Below, in pieces: positions 29,268 to 38,610 of a DNA stretch of 64,000 nucleotides. Position 1 is the stretch's first letter. Every line of letters starts with the position of its first letter. Origin of the DNA: an uncultured virus (IMG/VR IMGVR_UViG_2061766007_000025) (taxonomy: Duplodnaviria; Heunggongvirae; Uroviricota; Caudoviricetes). Under the pieces are notes generated by a model, which saw only the letters and a program-made list of their open reading frames with translations, was not told where the DNA came from and did no database searches. The stretch is from IMG/VR virus record IMGVR_UViG_2061766007_000025, one strand, 5' to 3'. Both the position numbers and the translations under genes were made by a program.

Positions 29268-30674
29268 ATGGGAAAAAGAATAGTTAGATATAAATGCCCA
29301 TATTGTGATCTGAGAACTACAAAGCAAGAATTAGTTACTCATATAGAAGATTCTCACTCAGAAATGATTCCTGAAGGTTATTCTTCATTTAGAGTTGTAT
29401 TTGATTATGTAAATCATAAGCCTCCTGGATTTAATGGCAGATGTACTGAATGTGGTGCACCATCAGGATGGGACGAAAATAAAGGTAGATATAATAGACA
29501 ATGTTCTAATCCATCATGTCAAAAGAGTTATATAAAGAAGTTTGAAAATAATATGACTAAGAAATTAGGAGTATCTAGAATTACTAAAACTCCTGATGGA
29601 TTAGAGAAGATGTTATCTAACCGAAAAATCAGCGGTTCATACAAATTTTGCAATGGAGAGAGTAAAACTTATACAGGTTCTTATGAGAAAACTACATTAG
29701 AATTTATGGATAAAGTACTTCATTGTGATCCTAATGATATAATGACTCCTGGTCCTATATTAGAGTATGAATTTGAAGGACAAAAGCATCTCTATATTAC
29801 AGATATTTATTATATACCATATAATCTTATTATAGAAGTAAAAGATGGTGGTAAAAGACCTAATGGTAGAGAAATGAAAGAGTATAGACAAAAACAGATG
29901 GCTAAAGAAAGATTTATTATAGAGAATACTAACTATAATTATCTTAGATTAACCGATAATGATCAGTCTCAATTATTAGCTGTTTTTGCTGATCTCAAGT
30001 TACAGATGGTAGAGCATTCAGGAGAGAGAGTGATTCATGTGAATGAAGCTGTAAATGCTCTTACTACAGGATATATGCCAGGATTTGCAGATGCTGGTTG
30101 TGTATATGTAGTAAACTATATGCAAAATAATGCTTTCTCTGGTGAAAAAGAAACTAACTATGGTGTATCATTTGATCCTAAGTTAGATACTATGTTTGCT
30201 AGAGATAAAGAAGGTATACTTAGAAAAAATAAACATGACGATTTATTTGATTCTTTAAGTTATTCTATATTCTTAGCTAATAAGAAAAAGAAAGAAGAGG
30301 TAGAAGAAGCTGTATCTAAAAATCTTGATAAGTTTGTAGATGAGAGTTTCTTATATAGAACTTTATTTGATAAGAATATGGATTCTTATGATCAAATATA
30401 TACAGAAGAGAATGCTGTAGAGATAAAGAGCTTTGAAGATAACTGTAATTATATATTTGAAGCTGCAACCAACTATCTTAATTATGACCCAGATAAGTTC
30501 AAAGATATGATTAAAATACAAGAATTCTTTATGGCTAATGAATTATTTAGTTTAGATGAAAATAAATATTATCTTCAAAGTATAAAAAATCCAGAATTAT
30601 ATATTACATCAGATAAAGAATTTTCATTAAAAGAAGTTCATCAATTTATAAACTTTGTAGGGGGAATAAATTAA
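29268..30674 (+). CDS. Zn-finger + PD-(D/E)xK nuclease (TnsA/T4 gp4 head-completion-like)
   Basis: CPYC...H...H, CTEC...C..C, and SYE...YITD...IIEVKD. Confidence 0.6.
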   Translation: MGKRIVRYKCPYCDLRTTKQELVTHIEDSHSEMIPEGYSSFRVVFDYVNHKPPGFNGRCTECGAPSGWDENKGRYNRQCSNPSCQKSYIKKFENNMTKKLGVSRITKTPDGLEKMLSNRKISGSYKFCNGESKTYTGSYEKTTLEFMDKVLHCDPNDIMTPGPILEYEFEGQKHLYITDIYYIPYNLIIEVKDGGKRPNGREMKEYRQKQMAKERFIIENTNYNYLRLTDNDQSQLLAVFADLKLQMVEHSGERVIHVNEAVNALTTGYMPGFADAGCVYVVNYMQNNAFSGEKETNYGVSFDPKLDTMFARDKEGILRKNKHDDLFDSLSYSIFLANKKKKEEVEEAVSKNLDKFVDESFLYRTLFDKNMDSYDQIYTEENAVEIKSFEDNCNYIFEAATNYLNYDPDKFKDMIKIQEFFMANELFSLDENKYYLQSIKNPELYITSDKEFSLKEVHQFINFVGGIN

Positions 30675-32860
30675 TGGATAAGTATTATGTAATAGATATC
30701 ACCAATAATATTGATGAGCTCAATATTGATATGACCAATTGGTGTAATCTTCCACATGAAATAAGAATGATGTCCAATGATGCATGTATTCGTCGTTATG
30801 GTATGACTAATATAGACTTATACAATAAGCTTAAAGCTATTCTTATTGGTAATAAGCCTGTGGAAGATCCAGAAATGATAGGCGCAATGATATCAGAAGA
30901 TGTATCATTCTCACAGTATGAATATAATGAAGAAGAGATGCAGTATAAATGGAAGTTAGATATATCTAAACAGCTATGTGAATCTCCTATTATTGCTATT
31001 ATAGATCCTTCTGTAGAAACTATGGAAGAATTAGATATAATGTATAATAAGTATATCTTGCTCCCTCAGAATGATAAAGATTTCTCTAATTCATATTCAT
31101 TAAAGTTATGGAACTATAATGTTCCTAATATGTATACTATCATGTCTTCAAAGATTCAAACTAAGAATGCAGATAAAGAAGAACCACTTACCATGCTTTC
31201 TAATTCGATATCTTCAGATCCATTATTTGAAAATGCTATGGATAAATTTATACAGAAGGATTTGATTGGATTAAATATGCTTAAACTTGACACAATTGAT
31301 AAAGACTCAGAATACAATTCAGTATTTACAGAAATAAATAGAGCTAATAATAATGATAGATTAGAATTAGAATCTATAGTTCCTTATTATACACCAGATG
31401 AAATGGATAACTTTGTATCAGGTCCTAATGGTAAGGTTATTACTGCAGAAAACTATAGTGGTACTCTATATAATACTATATATAGATATACTCATTCTAA
31501 TTCTGATTATGAAAGAGAATCTTTAAGAGAAGATATTAAGAACTTAGGATGGAATCCTAATGTAGAACTTACTAAAGAGAATATAGAGTTTGCTAAACGG
31601 AGACAGAATAACTGGCTTAAGAATTATGGAGCTAGAATTATAGATGTTTCTAACATGAAAGTATCTCCTGAAGTGATACAAGAATCTAGTGCTGGTATGA
31701 ATGCTATGTATAAGAAACAGAATTTATATCCTATCTATATAGTACTAAGCTTTTCTAATACTATATTTGGTAAGATTATTACCAGAATTAAACACTGTAC
31801 TTATAGCCATGCTGGATTATCATTAGATTCTGATTTGTCCCAGATTATGACATTTAAATATGATCAGGATAAAACACATAATGGATTCCATGTAGAAAGA
31901 TTAGATAAATATATAGCTAATTCTGATGAATCCATAATTTGTGTATGTTGCATATTTGTAGATGGTGCTACTAGAGATTCTATTAAATATACTCTAGAAG
32001 ACTTTGTAAAGAAACAACCATTTACTACATATAACTTTGGCAATCTGATTAATATTCTTATAGGTAAAGAGAAAACAGCTAAGGATAATCTTTCTTTAGT
32101 ATGCAGCCAGTTTGTAGATACAGTACTAAAGTTATCTAAGATTAACTTAACTCATAAATCTTCAAACTTAGTTATTCCTCAAGATTTTTATGCTGCTAAG
32201 AATCCTAAAGTATTTAAGATTTATGAAGGTTTAGCTAAAGAATATGATGATCACAGAACAGAAGATATTATTAAGTCTCTTTATAAATCTCATAAGAAAT
32301 CTGGATTAATGTATACAGAAGTTATGGAATCATTAATTGGAGGATATACTTCTACATCATTTGATTATATAACAGAGAATGAAGAAGCTAATAGTATATT
32401 AGATGAGTTAGCTAGTATGGTTACTCCTAGTACAGTAATTTATGAGAGAAAGTTGCCATTTACTATAAAAGACAATGGTGATGTATCTATTAAATTATTT
32501 AAATCTATGGAATCAGAATATCAAGAAGCTCATAAGTTATTAACTACTTATAATAAGAATAATGTAGTTGGTATTAAACATGAACTCGCTAGACTATTCT
32601 ATGTAATATCTTGTGCTGAGAAGAAGATTAAGAAGATGGAAAAAGCTGATGAGAATTATCAGAAAATGATTAATCTTCGTGCTAGAGCTTTGAACGATTT
32701 CAAGAAATATCTAAAACAGATTCAGGATATAGAATCTAATTTTGATTTTGCTAAGTATTATAAAGAGTCTGAATATTCTGATGATTCTATAGAAATAGAT
32801 AAGAATATATTTAAATACGGAGCAAAACTTATTTCAACAATATTAACCAAGGGTAAGTAA
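30674..32860 (+). CDS. Probable virion protein with a permuted papain-like (YiiX/YebB-type) amidase domain
   Basis: I......YSHAGL precedes Y and LVCSQFV (His before Cys). Confidence 0.65.
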   Translation: MDKYYVIDITNNIDELNIDMTNWCNLPHEIRMMSNDACIRRYGMTNIDLYNKLKAILIGNKPVEDPEMIGAMISEDVSFSQYEYNEEEMQYKWKLDISKQLCESPIIAIIDPSVETMEELDIMYNKYILLPQNDKDFSNSYSLKLWNYNVPNMYTIMSSKIQTKNADKEEPLTMLSNSISSDPLFENAMDKFIQKDLIGLNMLKLDTIDKDSEYNSVFTEINRANNNDRLELESIVPYYTPDEMDNFVSGPNGKVITAENYSGTLYNTIYRYTHSNSDYERESLREDIKNLGWNPNVELTKENIEFAKRRQNNWLKNYGARIIDVSNMKVSPEVIQESSAGMNAMYKKQNLYPIYIVLSFSNTIFGKIITRIKHCTYSHAGLSLDSDLSQIMTFKYDQDKTHNGFHVERLDKYIANSDESIICVCCIFVDGATRDSIKYTLEDFVKKQPFTTYNFGNLINILIGKEKTAKDNLSLVCSQFVDTVLKLSKINLTHKSSNLVIPQDFYAAKNPKVFKIYEGLAKEYDDHRTEDIIKSLYKSHKKSGLMYTEVMESLIGGYTSTSFDYITENEEANSILDELASMVTPSTVIYERKLPFTIKDNGDVSIKLFKSMESEYQEAHKLLTTYNKNNVVGIKHELARLFYVISCAEKKIKKMEKADENYQKMINLRARALNDFKKYLKQIQDIESNFDFAKYYKESEYSDDSIEIDKNIFKYGAKLISTILTKGK

Positions 32861-32872
32861 TTACCCTTGGTT
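32845..32872 (+). terminator. Terminator hairpin overlapping the stop codon
   Basis: AACCAAGGGTAA-GTAA-TTACCCTTGGTT followed by a T run. Confidence 0.8.
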
Positions 32873-32997
32873 TTTATATGCATTTGTAATTTTATACAAT
32901 TAGCAACTTTATAAATAATAATATACTATATTTATATAATNNNNNNNNNNNNNNNNNNNNNNNNNNNNNNNNNNNNNNNNNNNNNNNNNNNNNNNNT

Positions 32998-33138
32998 ATG
33001 ACATTCGAATTATGGTTATTTACCATAAAGAGGCTAGGGCAAACTTTTGATACTGCTAAGATGATATATGACCAGTTACCAGAAGATAGAAAAGATGAGC
33101 TCAAAAAAGAATATGAAAAATATAAAGGAGAAGCATAA
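32998..33138 (+). CDS. Small protein (at least 46 aa) absent from the ORF track
   Basis: MTFELWLFTIKRLG...KGEA*; ends 2 nt before the next ATG; upstream region lies in an N gap. Confidence 0.55.
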   Translation: MTFELWLFTIKRLGQTFDTAKMIYDQLPEDRKDELKKEYEKYKGEA

Positions 33139-33140
33139 TA

Positions 33141-34199
33141 ATGGAACTTGCTAGAATGGTTGGGTGTAAACTATTTAAAGTAAATGAAGATGATACTATA
33201 GATATGCTTAGAATCAAATATGTTAAAAAATATCCTAAGGGTGGTTCTCCTAGTGAGATAACTATATATAACTATAACTCAGAAACTACTGAAAAAGTTA
33301 GAGTAGATTCTTTAAAAGATTATAGTCCATTGGAGCCAGATGGTATATGTACTTTTAATATAGCTAAGGTTAGAGATAATAATGGTAAGATCTTTAAGGA
33401 TATTATAGTTACAGGTAATAAATTTTTAAATATGAAAATTGGTGATATTAAACCATATTGTATTTGTAGACAAGCAGCTATAGATATATTCTATAGTTTA
33501 TTCCATCCAGAGCATGTAGAAGAAAGAGATAAAAATTCTATGGTAGGAATATCGGTAAATATGGATTCTGTTCCAGTTGGTTATGACTGGGGGGAACTAT
33601 TATGCTGTGAAGAGATAGAATATTTTGATTTCATAAATTTCTATAGAACAGATACATTAAACGACATTCTTAATCTAGTAGATATAAAGAAGTTTGATAA
33701 AGTATTAGAAGATCTTTATAATAGACATGTAGAAGCTGTAGGAGATCCAACTCTACAGTTTAAGAAAGAAGATCATGGATGGTGCAGAACTTTAAAGAAG
33801 TTATTAGAAGATAATAATTTCCAGAGTGATCTTAATGATATGCTTGGAATAACTGATGTTGGTTTTAACATTGACGAATACATAATTAATAAAAGATTAC
33901 CTAATTCTGAAGAAGAATATGAATCTTTTTCTGATGATCTTAGATATTGGTTAAGTTCTATATATAAGCTTAATATTAAAGAGACTTATGTATTTGTATT
34001 TAACCATGATATAAATCTTGCAGACTATAATGATTCTAGATATTTCTTATTAAGGGATATTAATAATATTCTATATTTAGTGGTTTATACTTTAGATGGA
34101 GAGTACAAGGAAGCTGAGTTAGCCAGACTCGATAAGCAATTAAGCTTTAGTGAAAAGTTCCGTATTGACTTCTATAATAAGTATAATAAACTATCATAA
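33141..34199 (+). CDS. Hypothetical protein (352 aa)
   Basis: AAGGAG RBS; long ORF. Confidence 0.75.
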   Translation: MELARMVGCKLFKVNEDDTIDMLRIKYVKKYPKGGSPSEITIYNYNSETTEKVRVDSLKDYSPLEPDGICTFNIAKVRDNNGKIFKDIIVTGNKFLNMKIGDIKPYCICRQAAIDIFYSLFHPEHVEERDKNSMVGISVNMDSVPVGYDWGELLCCEEIEYFDFINFYRTDTLNDILNLVDIKKFDKVLEDLYNRHVEAVGDPTLQFKKEDHGWCRTLKKLLEDNNFQSDLNDMLGITDVGFNIDEYIINKRLPNSEEEYESFSDDLRYWLSSIYKLNIKETYVFVFNHDINLADYNDSRYFLLRDINNILYLVVYTLDGEYKEAELARLDKQLSFSEKFRIDFYNKYNKLS

Positions 34200-34225
34200 G
34201 AATATTATCGATATTATATAATATA

Positions 34226-34589
34226 TAGTTACCGTGTATTGAAACTTACAACTACCTACGTTTAATGATTGTTAAAAATTGAATACGAAACGCCTGTCTA
34301 AAAATAAAAACTCTTGAAGTTTCATTAGAAGATTCAGTTATTTTCCCCTTTCGTAAATAAATATAGAAAATAATTCTTCTAACTTTATATAGAGTTTTTA
34401 TTTAAAGACGCAATTGAGTAAAAATAATTATAGTTATATATAATTACTATGTCATGTAGGAATATGTGACTAGTTACTTTTACCACAATTGAAACTTCCA
34501 TGTCTTACCAACTTTTACATGGAGCATGATTCACAAGTTTCATTATATGATTTAGAGTTTGATGTATTTCACTAAATTATATAACTTTA
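34226..34589 (+). ncRNA. Candidate structured RNA/DNA element in two tandem diverged copies (34226-34387, 34471-34589)
   Basis: Both copies have TAGTTAC..ATTGAAACTT..TACC..AAGTTTCATTA..TAACTTTA with sequence-variable stems between the blocks. Confidence 0.5.
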
Positions 34590-34668
34590 AAGCGATCAAT
34601 TTTAATTTTTGATATAGAGAGTTAATCTCTATAAATATATTAATATTATATAAAGGAGGGCATAAATC

Positions 34669-35415
34669 ATGAGTGAGCAGAACGAAACCACTAAGAGGGA
34701 AAAGTTCGCAATCGAGCCAGATGAGTTTTTCGAATTTGGCGGTATTGCTGAGACTTCTTTCATGACCTCTAGAGAGTTATCTAGTATGGCAGCAGATTTA
34801 TTCCGCAGTGTATTTTCAGATTTTGAGGGTGTAACATTTGATGTTTCTCCATCACCAAATGGTAATGGTGGCAAAGAAGCATACTTATCAATCATCTTCA
34901 ATCACAATGAAAATGAGGTCGAGGGCAAGGTTAAAGGATGCAAACCAAATGGTGTTGAATCATCTGGTAGCAGCGTTCTTGATCGTGTTCGCGCAAGAGA
35001 CAATCGTCTTAGAGAGGGAGATCGTTATATCCTTACAGACGATGCAAAAGATGTTGTAAAGTCTCTTCTTGTACCAAGAGCTTTCAATAACGGTAACGTT
35101 AATTGGAAGAATATTACTACAGAGATCGCAGATCAGGGTCCTAGTTCACTTTATTATCGTCCAGATAGTCCTAAGTATACTAAGGTATTCTACATTGACC
35201 TTAATAGACTTTGTGGACTTCTCTTTGGTTCCAAAGATGGTGATGATGATTTAGTTTATGATGTAAGACTCGCAGCTGCTGTTCCATCATTTGGCGGAAT
35301 TCCAGGAAATAATTATATTCTCAATATCATTAAGGTATCTGAGAAGAATATCAAAGAGTTCTGTAGTAAGATCGGTCTTGAAGGCTATACAGGATCACTC
35401 GATATCATTAGATAA
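34669..35415 (+). CDS. Hypothetical protein (248 aa), probably highly expressed
   Basis: AAGGAGG RBS; codon usage less AT-skewed, like the capsid gene. Confidence 0.8.
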   Translation: MSEQNETTKREKFAIEPDEFFEFGGIAETSFMTSRELSSMAADLFRSVFSDFEGVTFDVSPSPNGNGGKEAYLSIIFNHNENEVEGKVKGCKPNGVESSGSSVLDRVRARDNRLREGDRYILTDDAKDVVKSLLVPRAFNNGNVNWKNITTEIADQGPSSLYYRPDSPKYTKVFYIDLNRLCGLLFGSKDGDDDLVYDVRLAAAVPSFGGIPGNNYILNIIKVSEKNIKEFCSKIGLEGYTGSLDIIR

Positions 35416-35493
35416 TTTTATATTATCTAATACTATCAGGGTATACTAAGGATACCCAAAAGTAGATCAGGTTATTAACCGCAAGTAGATCAA

Positions 35494-35521
35494 GGGAAGG
35501 GTGTTGTGAAGCACCCTTCCC
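35494..35521 (+). terminator. Terminator hairpin
   Basis: GGGAAGGGTG...CACCCTTCCC followed by a T-rich tract. Confidence 0.75.
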
Positions 35522-35582
35522 AAATTTTTAACTTGCAACTTTAATATAATTTTATTTTTAATATTTTAAGGAGAATAAGGGT

Positions 35583-36005
35583 ATGTTTGATGGTGGATTT
35601 AATTATCATGTATTTAAAGACTATAATATTAGTTTTGATGAAAAACAGAATACCTATGGTACTGTAAGATTGGCTCAGTGGGTAAAACCAGGAGAAGAAC
35701 CAGATATTAATAAAGCTAAAGTTGAAATTAGAAAAATGTTAGTTAAACCTGATGGAGAACAACCTATGAAAGGTTGTGCTATTACACCAGATGCTACTAA
35801 TGATCTTACTGATGGTTTAGTAGATGTTGGATTTGGACATACAAAGAATATCTTAAAGAGTGTATCTAAAAGAGAAGACTTTAAGGATTCTATTGAGCAT
35901 ATAAATGATAATGATGAAGGTGATGATGATGGTGAGATGTTTGATATGAGAGACTTACTATTGGGAATATCGCCTAATGAAGAAGTTACAGAGGATGATG
36001 AATAA
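35583..36005 (+). CDS. PC4/YdbC-like single-stranded nucleic-acid-binding protein
   Basis: 'VRLAQW.....K.EIRK......PMKG..IT' pattern with an acidic tail; motif AACT-TTAATA-TAAT upstream (35537-35550). Confidence 0.55.
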   Translation: MFDGGFNYHVFKDYNISFDEKQNTYGTVRLAQWVKPGEEPDINKAKVEIRKMLVKPDGEQPMKGCAITPDATNDLTDGLVDVGFGHTKNILKSVSKREDFKDSIEHINDNDEGDDDGEMFDMRDLLLGISPNEEVTEDDE

Positions 36006-37135
36006 TGGGCAATGAGAATCTATTCCAAATAGAAAGTATGTTATATGGATACTATGTAAAGAATAATAGATTACAACGTATAGTAAATGAAACATTTGTT
36101 GATTCATCATTAGCAGCTGCTACAGAATTGAATATATTTGTAGATCTTAATTCTATATTACATAGAGTTTTCTCTGAGCACTACAGAACGGTTATAGGAG
36201 AGTATACTTCTATAACTAGTTCTATTATAAACCTCTGTGGACATTATCGAGAATTTTTTAGACATCTTGGAGTTACTACAAGGTTCTATTTGATATTCAG
36301 TTATAACTGCTGCGATATAAATAGGAAGTTTGTAAGTGGCTACAATGATATATTCTACAATAAGTCCCAGATAAAAATGTTTAGAGAATTAGCAGATAAT
36401 AACTTTGAGTTATTAAATACATTAACTCCTTATCTTCCCGGAATATATTTTATAAAGAGTACAAGAAATTATGAAGTATCTGTAATAATGGCTCATATTA
36501 TAAATACATATTGTAATGGTCAACCTAATATGATATTATCTACAGATGTTTATGCTATGCAACTATGTACTATGTTTCCTAATACTTGTTATCTTTATCC
36601 TAAGAAATCAAAAATGGTACAAGCGGATGGAAGTTATGCATCTGATGATGTATCTATAATGATTCCTATAATAGAAAGATCAGATTTTAGAAATAAATTC
36701 TGGACGGCATATGATTATAGAATAGTAAGAAATAACGATTTACGTATGCATCAAACTAGAATATCTAGATTAGGAAACATATCTCCTGTAAATATGCCAT
36801 TGTTATTAGCTATGACTAAATTTGAATACAGAGATATAGGTACTATTATGGGTATACCAGATGCAGTAAAGATAATAAGTTCTATGGTAGGTAGTGAAGA
36901 TATTAAAATTATACCAGAGCAATTATATACTAATGAACATCTTATATCTAATTATCCTGTAGCTCAAATAGAATCTAGATATAAAGCATTGGATGTATCA
37001 TTTATGCTTAGCTATTATTCTATGGATCCTGAAGCTAAATCTTTACAGTTTAAAGATTTGAGAGATGATGCTGCAGTAAATACTATAAATGCCAAGTTCT
37101 TTCAGAATGATCCTATATATTTACATAGACTATAA
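36005..37135 (+). CDS. Possible PIN-fold 5'-3' exonuclease/RNase H-like protein
   Basis: N-terminal IFVDLNS, 'YE...I', 'ILSTD..Q'; weak resemblance to T4 RNase H/FEN. Confidence 0.4.
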   Translation: MGNENLFQIESMLYGYYVKNNRLQRIVNETFVDSSLAAATELNIFVDLNSILHRVFSEHYRTVIGEYTSITSSIINLCGHYREFFRHLGVTTRFYLIFSYNCCDINRKFVSGYNDIFYNKSQIKMFRELADNNFELLNTLTPYLPGIYFIKSTRNYEVSVIMAHIINTYCNGQPNMILSTDVYAMQLCTMFPNTCYLYPKKSKMVQADGSYASDDVSIMIPIIERSDFRNKFWTAYDYRIVRNNDLRMHQTRISRLGNISPVNMPLLLAMTKFEYRDIGTIMGIPDAVKIISSMVGSEDIKIIPEQLYTNEHLISNYPVAQIESRYKALDVSFMLSYYSMDPEAKSLQFKDLRDDAAVNTINAKFFQNDPIYLHRL

Positions 37136-37172
37136 ATAAACCGGCTGGTAGATAATACCAGCTGGTTTATTT
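37134..37172 (+). terminator. Terminator hairpin
   Basis: AAATAAACCGGCTGGTA-GATAA-TACCAGCTGGTTTATTT followed by a T run. Confidence 0.8.
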
Positions 37173-37219
37173 TTTGTACCTTAAGCACATTTTAGTAATT
37201 ATGAGAGGAGGAATCATAA

Positions 37220-38572
37220 ATGCCTACAGTAACAAAAAAGAAATCTAATCCTACCACAAAAAGATTATCTTATAATGCTACGGTAAATTTATCTTTTGAT
37301 TATCCTAAAGGTAGAATTGATATAGAGCCAGAGAAAATATCTTATATTATGATAGAGTCTGATTATGAAAATAATGTATTACCGGTAATATATGTATCAC
37401 TTGCAGTTAATGATAATTTATATAATAATATNNNNNNNNNNNNNNNNNNNNNNNNNNNNNNNNNNNNNNNNNNNNNNNNNNNNNNNNNNNNNNNNNNNNN
37501 TACTATGAATACAAAAACCCCATTATACAAGACAATATTATCAGATTCATTTAATTATATACCATCTACAAATAGTGCTAACTATACTGAGGATCTTAAT
37601 AAAGATACATTAGCTGATGATTCATATAAAAGAATTATGATTGGTCTAGTTTCTGCTACATTAACTAATACTCTTAGAAGAGATTTTAATGGAAATGCAG
37701 TTAATACAGATCAGGCTACACTTATATCTTATGCTCTGGAAGGAACTAAGCCTATAATAGAGCCATTATATAAGAATAAAGCATATAAATCTATAATAGT
37801 ACCTCCTCTAAGTACTATATATCAGTTTTTAAGATTTCTTTTTGAAAGAGATGCTTATTATGAAACCAATTTTAGATTCTTTATGGATTTTAATAGATCT
37901 TATCTTACTTCCACTAAAGGAGAAGGTGTAGATGCTAAAGATGGCCATCCCAATAATGTAATTATAGATATACAGAATGTAACATCTAATACCGCATATT
38001 ATGATGGAATAAATTTAGGTAATGATGCATACTATGTATATGTAAATCCAGCAGATACTAATGTAATTGCTGATGAAGGCAAAGGTCAAATAGTAACTAA
38101 TGTTGTTACTGTAGATGAAGATGAAGGTAATAGTAATATGGATCTTGATATTAGTGCTACTAATGGAATGAAAAAGAAAACTACATATGTAAGGTCTAAA
38201 ATGCCAGGAGTTATTAAGAATGAAGCAGAACTTGGTTTAACTATTATAGAAATAGTAAAGAAGCATATTGATGGCTCAGTATTTACACCTGATAAGAAAT
38301 ACACTATAAAGAACTTTGGTGATAACTCTGCATATAATGGAACATATTTAATGTCATATAAAAGAGAATTCTTTAAATGTTCTGCAGGCGATTTCTCTAT
38401 GACATGTAATATAGGTCTTAAGATGGTTGGTAAACTTAATGATACTATAAAGAATCCTAATACTAAAAATACTACATATAAACGTACAGAGAATAAAGCT
38501 CTTAAATCTAGTTCTAAGAAAACATCTACTGCAGCAAAAAGGAACGTACTAAATTCTGTAAAAGTTAAATAA
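37220..38572 (+). CDS. Probable virion structural protein (baseplate hub-like); spans an N gap
   Basis: Late motif CACA-TTTTAG-TAAT (37186-37199); GGAGG RBS; C-terminal 'NGTYLM....F' recalls hub proteins; gap at 37432-37500. Confidence 0.45.
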   Translation: MPTVTKKKSNPTTKRLSYNATVNLSFDYPKGRIDIEPEKISYIMIESDYENNVLPVIYVSLAVNDNLYNNXXXXXXXXXXXXXXXXXXXXXXXXTMNTKTPLYKTILSDSFNYIPSTNSANYTEDLNKDTLADDSYKRIMIGLVSATLTNTLRRDFNGNAVNTDQATLISYALEGTKPIIEPLYKNKAYKSIIVPPLSTIYQFLRFLFERDAYYETNFRFFMDFNRSYLTSTKGEGVDAKDGHPNNVIIDIQNVTSNTAYYDGINLGNDAYYVYVNPADTNVIADEGKGQIVTNVVTVDEDEGNSNMDLDISATNGMKKKTTYVRSKMPGVIKNEAELGLTIIEIVKKHIDGSVFTPDKKYTIKNFGDNSAYNGTYLMSYKREFFKCSAGDFSMTCNIGLKMVGKLNDTIKNPNTKNTTYKRTENKALKSSSKKTSTAAKRNVLNSVKVK

Positions 38573-38576
38573 AAAG

Positions 38577-38603
38577 TCCCGATAGGATTAACTCCTATCG
38601 GGA
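38577..38603. terminator. Bidirectional terminator
   Basis: TCCCGATAGGA-TTAAC-TCCTATCGGGA between convergent genes. Confidence 0.85.
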
Positions 38604-38610
38604 TTATTTT

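Noticed and set aside
34238..34497. Mini CRISPR array based on two ATTGAAAC motifs
   Set aside because: Copies are 250 bp apart, share only short blocks and have no repeat-spacer periodicity; kept only as a structured-element hypothesis.
14237..37500. N runs at 14237-14308, 22963-23060, 32941-32996 and 37432-37500
   Set aside because: Assembly gaps in AT-rich DNA, not biological features; they may hide promoters or gene starts.
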